Positions 12,913-27,670 of a stretch of DNA of 64,000 nt are shown here, piece after piece. This DNA comes from Proteromonas lacertae (taxonomy: Eukaryota), in the NCBI GenBank assembly GCA_002245135.1, contig NGBS01000002.1, positions 186,001-250,000 of the forward strand, in the 5' to 3' direction. The notes under the pieces are model-generated. The model was given only the letters and a program-made list of their open reading frames with translations, did no database searches and was not told the DNA's origin. The position numbers and the translations under genes are program-made. How positions within the stretch are numbered: the first letter of the stretch is position 1; the number at the start of each line of letters is the position of its first letter.

Positions 12913-15900
12913 TTATTCACTTTCAGCTGCTAATCCTTTCTCTTCTTTTGGAGCTGCAGCTGTGGCTTTCTCTGGAGCTGGTTCACCACCAGCTGCTGCT
13001 TTCTCTCTAGCTTCCATTGCAGCTTTAGCTGCTTGTGCTTGAGCTGTTCTCATTCCTCTTCTAGTAGCTCTCTTCTTGGCAGAACTAGCACGAGCATATA
13101 CACAGAATCCAATCAATAATAAGAAGATTACACCAGCTATTGAAGCAACTACTATAACTGCTGTTGAGGTTTTCTTACTCACTATTTCTTCTGCTGAACA
13201 ATTATCTTCTAAAGTCTCCCAATGAGGATTCATACCAGATGTACATCTTCTTGTCATTGTTCTTGTTGACCCTGTACATTGAATTGTTACTGTTTTGCCT
13301 TGTTCAGTTGCTGGCCATGAACCATCAGTTGGACATCTAACTGTATCTACACGAATGTAAATATTTCCATATAATTCATCAGAAACTGGATTTTTAACTG
13401 TTACTCTGAATGTGGTTAAAGCCATTTCTGCTTTGGGAGTTCCTGTAATTGCACCAGTTGATGTATTGAATGATAATCCTGGAACTGTTGTTTCAAGAGA
13501 TGGAGTAATTGCATATTCTAATTCAGCACCATATACACTAAATGTTGGAACTAATCCAGCCACATCAAAATCTTTATATACTGTTGAAGTTCCATTACTA
13601 ATAACGAAATCTTTAATCATCTTTAATGAACAAACAAGTGAGAATACTGGTTCTTGTCCCCATGTTGGACTTCCACCTAAATCATTACACATTCTAGTTT
13701 GTTTACCACTATAACCTTCTGGACATTCTCTTACACATTCACTTCCAGCTACTGTTGCAGTCCATTCTCCTTGTGGAGCACATAATTTATTGTTACAAGC
13801 ATCAAATGTCACTTCCATCAATTCTAAACCATCATAACCTGGCATAGTTGGCTCACATGGTGCTAAACCAGGAATACCAGTTGTTGTGAAGTTGATTAAT
13901 ACACCATCAAATGATTCAGAAACACCATAAATGTAAAACTCTTTTGTTACTTGTTTTGCTTGCCAGTTTGTTTCATCATCTATATTATCTGGATCTCTGA
14001 AGATAATTTGATCTTGCGAATCTAATAATTTCCATGTTTTACCACCATCTGTTGTTGCATATACATCCCATGCAAATGGAACTCTAACTGGATATAAGCC
14101 TTCCTTCAACATGTCACCAGTTGTTATAGTGTATTTGTTGAAGAATTCTGATCTTCCATTTGGCCACATGAATGTAATTTCTACACCATTACAACCACAT
14201 CTAACATAACCTTTTGAATTTTTATTACCATCAACCCAGTTAGTTAATGGTTCATCTGGATAAACAAAATCTGATCCAAAGTTGTTTGTAACTTCCATAC
14301 TTCTTACACTTCTTCTGTAACAATCAGCAACTATATAATTGAAGAAAGCAGCAAATGGATTGATATTTACACTATTTCTGTGTTTATGAACCTCTGCAGC
14401 AATATAATTCACACCATTTTGTAATATATCAGCTGAAGCACCAGTTCTTCTTAACATTATATTACTTCCTGTGTATATTTCTGTGGCATAAGTATTAGCT
14501 TGTTGATTTGCTGGAACATTTCTTCTGTAGAATTCTTTGTTGTTTAAGTAAGCAACAATACCAGCATCATATTTAAAACCAGCTTCAAAAGCAGCTATCT
14601 TTCTAATATCAAAATCATCAGGAATTGTGAATGTTGTTCTATAATAAGTTGTATAAACTCTATCACCTCTATCTGGATAACTTCCTGGAATATAAGATTC
14701 CCATTCACCTGGTTTGAAGTTATTATACCAATTTCTATTATTAGCTGATGCACTATATTCCCATGCTGCATTTGGTGGACTTAGATAAGCAACATCAAAT
14801 ACTTGAGTTTTTACTTCATTACCATTATAAATTATCTCACCATCAGCTAAAGAAATTGTCAAAGCATTTGAACCCCATCCTCCACTAAGACTTAAAGTAT
14901 AATTATCTGGATACATACAGAATGATCTTTTTGTTACTGTATATGGGTAAATACCAAAATCCCAATTAACTATATAATCTTGTTTATCATCTGGTGGTTC
15001 TAATCCTCTGAAAAAGTAACCATAAGCATACCAACCAGCACCATTAGATCCTGTTGAACTAGCAGCAATTTGAGCAGGGAATGATCCTTCTGGACACGGT
15101 TCTGTTTTGATTGTTAATTGAGTTGTTCCAGATCCTGCTTTATTTGTACATGTTACTGTAAATGTTAAACCATCTGGATTGTTATACATTGAATTACCAG
15201 TGATTGTTCCTGTTTTATTATCAAATACTAATAAATCAGGAAGATTAGCTGGATTAATTGAACAGTAATCTGCTGCATAACTAATAATTGGTGATATAAC
15301 AGCACCAATACCTCTTTGAATAGTATAAACACCACCATCACCATCTGGATATTCGATTTGAGGTGATGAAGAAGAACCAATAGTAACTGAAAATTGAACT
15401 ACAACATTTTCTGGAGCATCATTTCCTTTCACTTTATCATTCAATATATATTTACCATATCTGTAAATACTTGTTCCTTCACCATAAACCCAATATTCAC
15501 CTGGAACTGAATATACATTTGGACCTAATGTCACTTGATAAAGACCATTATCAACACATTGGAATATTGAATGAGTACCAAATGCTGAACCTTGCCTTTC
15601 CATTATCGTATTTCCTTCAAATGTCTTTAATTTCATTCTTTGGAGTGGATCATTTCCAAGATTTGCACCACCAGTAAATACCATTCTCACAAATGATTTA
15701 CCTGTTTCACATGAATCAATTTGAATTGGAACTAATGCTTGAGTAATACCACCATCAGATTGACCAAAGATTGTTATAGTTCCTGAAGCTGATTCTAATG
15801 GAGTTCCAGTTATTGCACCTGTGGCTGAATCTACACTTAAACCAAGTGGCAATCCACCTTCTACATAATAATTTACACCTGTTGGAGCTGTGATTGGAGC

Positions 15901-18131
15901 AACTGTATCAATTGGCACTCCTATTTTTCCAGTAATTGTAACACCAGTATAATCAATTGGAATTGGATCTACATATTTAACTATTTCAATTTCTACTGTC
16001 GCTGTTAATACACTTGTTCTATCAGTTGAAGTGGCTGTTACAGTATATTTTGTTCTGTAAGATGAATCAACTGTGGGTGTTCCTGAGATTACACCAGTTC
16101 TTGAATCACATCTTAAACCAGCTGGTAATGTTGGATAAATACTGAATGATTGATATATTTTGTTTGACATAAAGATAATTGGTCTATTTGCATCAAGTTG
16201 AATTTGAGACATGTAAATAGCTACTGGAGTTCCATAAGATAAGGATGAAGATGGTAAATAATAATAATAATCAGATGGAATATAATTCTTTTCCATCATA
16301 TTTGGACCTCCTGACCAGAATAACTGTACTTGCTTCAATGAATTTGTATATGATTTTAAATATGTAAACTCAATTGCTCTTGGACCTTCACTTGTTGTTA
16401 ACGAAGCTTGACCTGATCTTGTATTAGCTAAACAATCACCTTCAATGGTTAATTCTGACACATCTCCTGTATATTCTGCTGTCCATGTAACCTTAGCAGA
16501 ATCCATAACATCTGCACCATAAATATAAGTACCTGATCTTGGGAAATTGATATAACCTTCATACACTACTTTTAAGTTTGTTCCATACTTTGCAATTAAA
16601 CCTTCAAATGATTTACTCGATTTTTCTCTATTTATTGTATCTACTACATGCTGAGCTACTAAAGTAGGATTTTCACAGGATGATATACGGCATGAAGAAT
16701 AAGAGCATGAATAATAACGAGCCATTATACCTGGCTTTAAGATTTCTGTTGATAAAGTTACAACTGTAAGATAAATATCAGCTGTTGTTGTTGAAACACC
16801 ATTCTTGGCAGTAATCTTATAACGAGTTGAACTACTTTCTATTGATGGATTACCTGTAATTGCACCTTTATTAAATGATAAGCCAGTTGGTAAAGCTGGT
16901 TCTATATACCATTCAGTTGGACTTCCTTCATAACTTGGTTGGATATTTACACCTGTATGAATTCTAACAATATAATCACTGGATGGATAAGTTAAGAATT
17001 GAACTGGTTGTTGAGGACCAGATATAAATTCACCACCTAACACTTCATAATACATTATACCAGCTGAGAATATCTTCCATTCAACATAAAACTGAGTTGC
17101 ACCAGTATTTTCATAATGTAGAGCAGTAAATGCATGATCGCCCTCAGTCATTTCAAATCTAATAACAACACCAGTTGTAGTACTAATAGTAGCAATTGGA
17201 TGAGTGTAATTATTATCTAAAAATACCCAAGCACATTCATCAACTTTGAATCTAAATGAGTAAGTACCTGTAACTGGAGCATGAATAATACCATCATATC
17301 TGGTGAAATATCTTTCTTGAGGAAAAGCAGCTGGACAAGCTGTTATACCATCATTACATTTATGATTTAATTCGCTGAAATAATAAGTGGTGATTGGATT
17401 CATATTTCCATTTTCAAAATCATATAAGTATGGATCATAAGTTGAAGGACATTTCAATCCACCATCAGAATTATAATAACCATTTGGAGATATTCTAGCC
17501 ATTATACCAGGTGGTAATTTTGAATTATCAACTACAATTACATTCACAGATACTGGTAATGAACCAGCAGTGTTTTTAGCTGTTACAACGATTGTAATAG
17601 CTCTTGTAGTTGTTGTTGGAGTTCCACTAATTGCACCAGTCACTGGATCTAAAGTCATTCCTGCTGGAATGTTGTTTGTTTGTTTTTCAAAGGAAGTAGC
17701 TTGTGGATCACACTTTGGACCTTGTATAATTGTATAAGTGTTGATTGGGATTTGAATTCTGTCAGTAACACCATAAGTACAAGATTGAATTGGAGCAGTT
17801 ACTGACATTGAGATTGTTGCTGTGGATGTATCACCTGTAGGTCCTGTAAAAGTGATGGTAAATGTAGTCTTGGGTAAAGCAGACGTAGGAGAACCTTTAA
17901 TTGAACCATCACTTCCTAAAAACAAGCCAGTGGGTAAAGCTGGATGAGATGCAGCTTTTGTTGGTGTTGGTAAACATGATGGAATGATTTCTACTTCTTG
18001 ATTCACATCGAATGAGAAATCAGTGTTATCATTGTTGTAAGTACACCTTGGTCCTTGTGCATAGCCTAGCAACAGTATAAATAATTAAACTTACAGATAG
18101 ATATCAGTATTAAAAACGCTAAATACCTCAT
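12913..18131 (-). CDS. Type I membrane surface protein with multiple putative-Ig (He_PIG) repeats, PA14 domains, galactose-binding-like domains and Cys-rich modules
   Basis: A 29-nt intron completes signal peptide MRYLAFLILISICYAQ. Repeated LPxGLxxdxxTGaIsGTP, PA14-like segments, CPTDGSWPAT..C..RRC..W modules, one C-terminal TM helix. Confidence 0.88.
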
Positions 18132-18822
18132 AATTTTATTTCACAAAATACAATTCTGTTTTATTGTTCAGTTATAAGATTATTCTTTGATTAGCAAAGA
18201 GATTGAAATAACTGAAACACAAAAAACAATAATCATGAATCTTCTTTTTGAACTGTATTTCTATTTTTATATAATCTTTGTCACTTTTTGACCTTTTAAG
18301 AGAATAAATCATATATATTTCTGTTAAGTCTGAATTGAATGTGTTAAGAATTCTATTAACATATTCTTATAATGTTTGCATTTGAAGAAGTATTATGAGT
18401 AACATACAAATACACCTTTATCAAAACAAAAACAGATTGTATCAAATCAAAACTGATACATATGTATTAGATTCTATTCCATGATTGTTATTTACACAAA
18501 CTGAGAACATTATACTGGTTTAATACAGCACAATCACTGTTTTAGATAAATCTTGGGATAACGAATATATATACACCATTAACACATTTATTGAAACACA
18601 TTCATTAAAAATAAAAGTACAATTTTTCGTAAATACTAATTTTGGAAGAGAAAAAAGGGATAAACATTTTGAATTAAGTTTGATGAAAATCAAACCTACA
18701 AAACATTTATAATGATGTTATTTCATTACCAAACATACAAACAATCATATATATATATAATAAAATAATAATTAATAAAATTAGATAATAATCTGTGTAT
18801 ATATTTATATAATTAACTATCC

Positions 18823-21800
18823 TTATTTTTCATAAGAAGAACAAATCTCACAAGTCCACTTCTCAGGAATAGCTTCAGTCTCTAAGAAACCAGCACATGT
18901 AGGATGTATCATAACACCACAATGGTTAGAACAAGGTATCAACAATGTAGGATTCTTCTTCACACCTTCAGCAGCTATTCTGTGACAGAATGTACATTTA
19001 GTTAATTTCTTCTCAGGAACATAATCAGCAGGTTTCTCCCATTGTGATTTACCAGTTGTAGTATCATAATAATATGTTCGTTTCTTATTATCATCATACA
19101 TTTCTTTCCATTTATTCTTTGTTATAATTACACCACTTGGAACACCTTCTGGTCCTGTTGTTGGTACTTCTGGAACATTCTCTACATATTTATTCAATGT
19201 CTTATCATGATCATATTTAGCTTTATTCTCTATTCTCTTCATATGTTCTTCTAATGTAAAACCGAATTTGTGAGCTAATGTTCTCTTGATTTCTAATTCC
19301 TCTACAGTGCTCATTGGAGCAAAAACGATATTATAATTTGAATAAACAGTTATGTTGAATAAACCTTCATCATCTAAATTGTAAGTACAAACTAACAAAG
19401 CATAACAACGTGGAGATAATGTTGCTCTTATTTCCACTTCTTGTTTAAAATCAGGATTACCAGTTGAAGATACTACATTCATATAATTCAATTCATCAAC
19501 TCTAAACTCTTCATTCTTATAATTTGAATCTTTGACAATATAAGCTGCAATTGGTAATGGTTTTTCTATAATATGTCCACTTCTATCACATTGTTGTATT
19601 TTAATAATCACATCAGTATCTCTATCAATCTTTAATAAATAAGTTGGAACTTTTCTTAAATCACATAATAAGTTATGTCTGCCAGGTAAACCAACAGCTG
19701 TTCCATTTTGTTTATTCCATCTTCCATCTAATACTTTCTTTTTCCATATATCTTCACTTATATAATAACATACAAATAATGATCTAAATACTTGACAGAA
19801 ATCATTGAATGACATCCAGAAGGTAGTTTCATCAACATCATATGGATCGTAATGTAACTTATGTCTCATTCTGGTAGTCCATAACTTTGAAGCTCTTCCC
19901 CAGTCTCCTTTCCATATCATATCACCATTACAATAATCTGGTGGATTTCTTAACTTTATTAATTTATGTCCATCTACTGCTTTTACATCCAATATTCCAT
20001 AAGCTGAACCCCATACTAATCCACTATCTAATACCTCTTTATCAGCTGCAGCTTGTGTAACAGTACCTGCACCTAGTAAGAATCCATTGTGTTTAAATTT
20101 CAATAAGTTAGACCATAATAAAGATCGATTATTACCTCTAGCAGCTCTTGCTAAATGGATTTCTTCAGCTGGGAAACCTGTTAACATATATAATGCTTGA
20201 TGAACATAACCAACTTCTAAACTTGCATAAGCACCATAATATTTAGCAAATGCTTTTTCTATTAAAGGAACCCAAAGTTTATCAAAGTCACTGCAATAGG
20301 CCATTGCAGCTCCAGCACATTTATTTGCATGGAATGTTTTATCTAAGATAGGGAAGTAATCATCTACTAACAATTGATGCCAAACTGCATTCTTATATAA
20401 TTTGATCAAATAAGCACCAGTTTTAGAAGTGTGTTTATTATATATAATATTTCTAATCATTGGATTAATTCTTTTAATTACATTATCTTTATTAGTAGCA
20501 GCTGCTAATATTGATAATGAACTTAATAACCATCCATCACTTATCACTCCTTGGAATATATCACTTGGATCAGTTCCACTATGACCATATAACTCTACAG
20601 ATGGATTAATAGAATTGGCAACTTCCCAACCAACGATTGGCTCAGCGGTTGTACATAATACACCAATAGAATCATTGTTATGAGGGAAATCAGGATCTTG
20701 GAATTGTATTTCATCTGTTTCAGCATCTGGTTTACAACATCTACCTCTCTTTATTTCACTCAATGTGCAATCGGCATTGTAAGTCAATTCATCTTTACCT
20801 TTTGGTATTTTAATATTTCTCTTTAATCTTTCTTTTCTTCTATCTTCTAACATCTTATTATGTACTTTCAACATATAAGTATCTCTTGGTTTCCAATATT
20901 TCTCTAATTCTACAGCTGCATCATCCATACACTTATCTTCATCATCACTTATCTTTTCTTTTAATATTTCTTCTCTATCAAATTGATCTTTCAACGCAAA
21001 GAATTTTTCCTTTTGTTCTGGTGTTAATTGACTCAACCATGTTGCTATAATAGTTGTATCTAATGTAGCTGAACTTCCTTCTCTAAATACTTCTTTGGGT
21101 GGAACAATATCATTTGCCATTAATCTGAATTTATTCTCTTTCATAAATTTAGTGAATAATAATCCATCTCTCTTCATTCTACCATGAGCTGAAACTAACA
21201 ATAACAATGTAAACTCAATTAAGGCTCTATATTCTTCAGAATACTCAACAGCTAAACAATTATCAGCAATTACTAAGTCTCTTAAGGTTTCTCTAATATT
21301 TAATTCAAATTCATTAGTAATTTTATCATATTTATTTCTACTACAACAATTCCTTATACATGGCCAAATACCTAATGGTGATATAAATCCATAAGGTCCT
21401 TTACCTTTCAATGAATAATCCAACATATCTTTAAATCTCCATAAACCATTGGATTTTCTAATAATTTCTTCTTTTTCTTCTTCTATTTCTTCACCATGAT
21501 CATCTATATGTTTTTCATGAACTACATTTACTTTGATATATAAATCAATCATATAATCTCTCACTTGTTTAGCTGCATCAAATGCACATTGATATTTCCT
21601 TCTATCATATGCTGTTTTTAATCCTGCATTGATTAGTTCAGGTGTTAATTCTTCTTCACGAATATATTCATCTTTTTCATCTTCTAAATAGATTGGTATT
21701 CTTTCTCGTCGTTTTCTATAATCTCTTATTGTCTTATCAATTGCTTGTTTAATCTCTCTCAATTCACAATATGCTGCAGCATCACCTAATCTTATAGGAA

Positions 21801-24800
21801 TTGTGCTTAAACAATAAGCCAATATCCATTCACCAATTAATATAAACACACACATAAAACATACTCCTACACCTATTGGATGTACAAACGCTATTAATAT
21901 AAAACCCCATGCAACTGCTAGACTCATCACTGATATCATATCAATACCACATCTATTCTCATCTTTAATAGTATTTGTTTTAGCATCATATGAATAGATT
22001 GGGAATAAATATGGACTAAAATATAATGGACTATCTTCATTTCTATTACTAACACATATGAAGAAATCAATTACAAAGAATGCTGCAATAATGATCAATG
22101 ATACTGATAAGAAATAGACTAAAGAGACACTAAATATAAGTGAAACTAATAACAGAATAACTATGATTGTAACACCACCTCTCATTAGTTTATGTATCAT
22201 CTTTGGAGCTATATAATAATCATGTATCACCCATTGTCTTATCATATAATAAGCTAATATCAATACAGCTAATACTATTAACACAGATAAGGCTACTAAA
22301 TAATCAGCCCAGAAGTATAATGGAATATGGCAAATAATTAATATTACTAAATTCACCCACATATATGTTAGAGTTTTCTTACATAATTTCCATTCATCAT
22401 CCCACCATTTAATAATAGAACCACATAATAATATGAAGGATGGATATACGAATAACATCATTAATATTAATACGAAATTATCATTAGACATATCCCAATC
22501 TAATATAGCCCAACCACTGTATACTTCAGTTATTAAGAATAAAAACACTGTTAATATAATCATATTTTGAACATATATTGACATTTCATATTTATGGAAA
22601 TATCTTACTATTGGTTCTATTGTTGTTATTAATGTTAATAAAATCAATGCAATTAACATTCCAATCCAATGTGGTTTAATGAATATTGATAAGAACATTC
22701 CCATTAATAAGATTAATAATACATCGATGATTAATAATGCTATGACTATATAATCTTGCATTGTTAAACAACCAGCCCAGAATGCTTCCCATGATGATAA
22801 TGTTGCTGGATCAATAACTACATGTTGTTCTTCTTCTTCCTTTGGCTTTTCATCTTTTGGTTTCTTACCTTCTTCCATTTCTATTTCTTTCATTGCCTTC
22901 TTTCTAGCTTTCTCTTCTTCCTTTTGTCTTTTCTTTTCTTCTTTAGCTATTTGCTTGGCTGTATAACCTTCCACACCAAATTGTTCTCTTTCATCATACA
23001 TTATATTACCATTCTTATCAACTATACTCTTTGCATATGGTTTTCCTTCTTTTACTTCAGTTGGTTTATCATCTTTTGTTTGTTGTGGAACAGTTGCACC
23101 AGCTGTTATTGAACTACCTTGAATTGGAGGAGCTTCAAATCCTGTTGGTGTTTTCTTTGGTTTAGAAGCAGATGGTTGTGATGAAAGACCAGCTGCTCCA
23201 GGCATTGGTTGATGTTTTAAGAAACTATTAGCGGGTTTAGCAAATCCAGAATCAGGAGTAGCACCATTTCTAACACGGAAGGATGATGTAGCACCAATTG
23301 GAGCAGCAGTACCAGCTGGTTGAATAAATGAACCAGCTCTACCAGCACCTATTGTACTTGGAGTTGCCATTACAAATGATCCACCTCTTGCACTACCTAT
23401 TGATCTGCCTGGACCTGAAGCTGTTGGTACACCTCCTGCTCCTGGACCACCAATTGCACCTCCTACAAATGAACCTCCAACGAATGAACCACTTACCATT
23501 GAACCACCTGCATTGAATGTTGGTGCGATAAATGAACCAGTCTTTGTACCAACGGCTGCTGCTACTTGACTAATACCAGCTGCATTAGCTGCAGGAGTCA
23601 TAATGAATGAACCACCAGTTGTTGGATCAGCGACAAAGTATGAACTACCTCTTGATTTTGGAACACCACTTGCAATAAATGATGAAGTTCTAACAGGTAA
23701 TGGAGCACCAGTTACACCTTTACCAGGTCTTGAACCAGCAAATGCAGGTTTAGCTATTACTACACTATTATCACCACCACCAACCAATGAATTACTTGGA
23801 ATTGTAACACCTTTCTTTGGTTTCAAATTAGCTTGAGGAATAGCATTAGCTGGAATAACGAATGAACCAGATCTTACACCAATTGGAGCAGCCATACCAC
23901 CACCTCCACCTGTTGGTACAATGAATGAACCAGTCCTTCTTGCAGAAAATGAACCTGTTGATTTGGGAATAACAACTGAACCAGTTCCTTGTGGAATAGC
24001 ACCTCCAATGAAAGAACCACCACCCATACCACTCATACCAGGAGCTAATATTGATCCTTGACTAGGCATACCACCTAAGAATGAACTTTGACGAGGAGGA
24101 CCTCCCATTCCACTACCCATTGCTAATGGTGGAGCTACATTCCTTCTTGAACCAGATGTAGCACCTCTACTTCTCATGAAACTATTACCTTTACCAGCTA
24201 CAAATGAACCTGATCTTGCACCTAGTGGATTTCCCAATGGAGCACTTAATCCTGTTATACTGGATGGTGGTTGTTGTGATACTACTGGAGGACCTAAGGA
24301 TGATTGTGATGGTATAGTGAAACTACCTGATGGACCTGGTAGAGTTTCACCTGGAGCGACTTCTTGCATTAAATCTACATCAGTTGTACCATAATAATAT
24401 AAATTATAATATTCTTCACTGTTATAATATTGTTGTTCAATATCGATTTCTTCTTCTTTTTCTTTCTTTTCTGTACGTTTTTCTGGATCTTCAGTCCAAC
24501 TATAATCATTCTTTTGATATAACATAAATACACATATTGATATTGTAATAATTAATGGGTAAGAATATAAAGATAATCAACACAAATGGATTATCTGTCA
24601 TTCCATAGTTAATAAAACCACCTAAAATAAACAATATTTCTGTAATAATAGCTAAAACCCAAGGCAATCTTACTGGCTTTAAATACGAAATAATGATCAT
24701 TCTTTAAATTCCTATCACTTTCTAATCTAAATGCACGATATGTTGAGAATACTAAACTGAATAATATTCCACACATTAATGCTAATACTGCATAATCATA

Positions 24801-27504
24801 TAGATTCCATCTTACACCAAAGGCTGAAATTTCAGCTGGACCTTCATCATCCACAATAAATATATCCACTAACAACACAATTAAGAAATAAAATGAGATT
24901 AATCCAATAGAGAATAGATTTGTACCAAATAGATTATTATTCTTTCCTTTCTCACTTTCATGTATAATATCCACTTGAGTAGAATCTACAATAGACTTCC
25001 TTGGTAAACAATTAATAATAAATTCAAAACAAATAGCAAATGCAAATGTTAAATATGCAAACATATGTCCTAATAACCAATTATCACCACACCAAATACA
25101 GAACCATAATCTACTCAATCCAATAATAAATGCAGTACCACTTGGTCCCCAAGATACTTCTGCATTAATACAACTCCATAAGGATATATCTAATACAATA
25201 ATGGAGACAGTAGCACCAATTCCTTGACCACCATAATCTTCATTAGTAAATGGTGTAATGATACTGTACAATCCTAAAAACACTATTGCAAAAGCATACA
25301 ACATGATTGTTTCAGATCTTATCATTGTTTTACTCCTTCCATAATCTCCAGATAATGCATTTGAATATTTAAATACTTCTTGTGAAGGATCAATAGTATA
25401 TATATCATCTATAAAATCACTCAATAATGCTTGTTCTTCTAACAAATCATATTTATTCAACGTCTTCGGTGCATCTAAAATCTGTTTTGCTTCACCAGTT
25501 ATTGCCATTGTTAATAATTCATCTTCATTTACATCTCCCATTATAATATCTTGTTTATCATACAATTTCTCCAAGTGTTTTCTAGCTCTTTCCAACTTAG
25601 GATCATTAATAAAAACAATCCAAATCATAGGTATACAATTCATAGTTAACCATATACAACTAGATGCAAAGAATGATGTTGGTCTTTTATCAATATATAA
25701 AGCAATTAACATGAATGCAAATACACAAATAGCTGCTAGGAAGAAACACCATAATGTAGATCTTTGCATTCTCCAACCTCTCCTTTTCCAAGTTCCAATT
25801 CCATAATATAAACAGATTGCACATAAACCAAAGCATAAAATAGCTGCTCCAATAACAGGTGGATTTACTACAATAATGCAAGTTACACCCCAACTAATGA
25901 GTATTAATATTGGCATTAATAATATCATATATATAATAATCTTAGCAAAGTATAAATTCCTATTAAAATCTACATTCTGTATGTATCTACCATAGTTTAA
26001 GAATAAAGCACCAACTATATTTGGAGGTGATGTACCTATACCATTACCTCTGAATTTACAACTATCTAAATATGCATCTATTCTGTCAATTCTGAAATTC
26101 AATTTTTTGTCCATAAAATAACAAGTTAATAATCCAAAAAATAACAATGGAATAGCAAATTCTACTATATTTAATACGAAATCTACTTTCTCTAAATCAT
26201 CATCATATACAGTTTCTAATGGATCATAGGATATGATTGGTTTTATGATTGGTATATATGGATAGTTTGGTCCAGCTCGATGTTTAGATAAACCATATCT
26301 TGGACTCCATAATGTGATTCTAGTAGCTTCATTAAATACTTTCTCATAACATGGATGATCTATTGTGTCATCACTAGTTGAACTTTCTTGACGAAAATAT
26401 GACTATAAATATATATAAAAATAAATATAATAATATACAAATTTTGATTTTGTATATTGTTCCAATATCCAAGTAGGTATTCTCTCTGTTCTATAATCTT
26501 CATAATTCACACACAAATAAACAGTAGCTGGGTAATTTATAGAGATAGTTAAATATTCCTTAATATCAGCACTTAATTCTCTCTCTTTTGCATATCCTTG
26601 AACTAAGATACCACCCACTGGATCTCCAAATTTTTCATATTTATAGTTAATTTGAAATCCTAAATCATCTAAGAATGGAGCTCCCCACCATAATCTGTTT
26701 TCTTCTGGTTCATATAATCCAGCAACAGTAATTGATTTCTCTTTAAATCCATGTGAACTTTCTACCTTTACAGAAAATGCATTTACACTCTGACGGATTA
26801 ATAGACAAGCTGCATTTGGATTGAGGTAGGTTTGAGCTGATGAGATTGTATTGTTGATACACGGCACTCCATTCAGAGATAACCATAATATTTCTGAGCA
26901 TTGTTCTATTTAATAAATAACATATATATATACTGGCTTTATGTACTTCATGATCTTCTAAATTACTGGAGAATATTGAACAAGGCATCATTTTGGTAGA
27001 TGTTTCACCTAATAAATCATCACCAAATTCAAAGCCATCATCTAAATCCCATGCTTCTATTCTGATTGGAGTTCCTGCTGCTTTTACTCCAAACTATTCG
27101 TTAAATGATTAAATAAATTATATACATTCATTGAATATCCATCTCCCCATTTGGGATTTAAATCATTATATATTACAGAAGTTTCTCTTTTTGTAATGGC
27201 ATTCTTCTGGTTACTAGTTGCTGAACCTACGAATACTTTTACATATGGATCTGATTTATCTGAACCACCAAGTGTATCTTTATTTGGTAAGTTATATGCC
27301 TATGTTTGTAATTAACAATAATAATACTTCAACAACAGTTATAATTAATTCTCCTGCCATTTCTTGTGGTGAATTACACGCATTTTCATAAGGCCAGCCA
27401 GGCCATGAAGGATAATCATCACAAGAAAATCGAGTTTGATTGAAATCTGTTTTTCTTATGGCTGCACAGCATAATATAAAATATAATAGTATATTTAACT
27501 TCAT
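18823..27504 (-). CDS. Giant multi-pass membrane calpain-like protein (DEK1-like): signal peptide, C2, many TMs, GSF-repeat loop, inactive CysPc, calpain domain III, WW, PHD
   Basis: C2 (AYNLPNKD..SDPYVKV..NDLNPKW..WDLDD). CysPc (FQDPDFP, VDDYFP, LWVPLIEKAFAKYYGAY). WW (WKEMYDD..YYYDTTTGKSQWEKP). PHD (CTFC..C..C..HPTC..WTCEIC). Four GT-AG introns and two frame breaks near 24680 and 24558. Confidence 0.82.
23220..24330 (-). repeat. Low-complexity Gly/Ser/Pro loop with many (R/G)xGSF repeats
   Basis: Translation shows roughly 20 GSF/SSF/NSF motifs (RSGSF, RTGSF, RGGSF, RAGSF, GGSFVGGSF). Confidence 0.85.
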
Positions 27505-27670
27505 ATTAACAACATATCAAAACTAAAAAAAAATAAAACTCAGAAGTATATTAAATATCTATATTAAATAAAACTAATTAATGCACTTTATCGCAAGAAC
27601 GTAAATAAACATTTTCATACACCACAAAATAGAGTTTTCCGATAACCTTATTTTCAATTCTATATTGATA

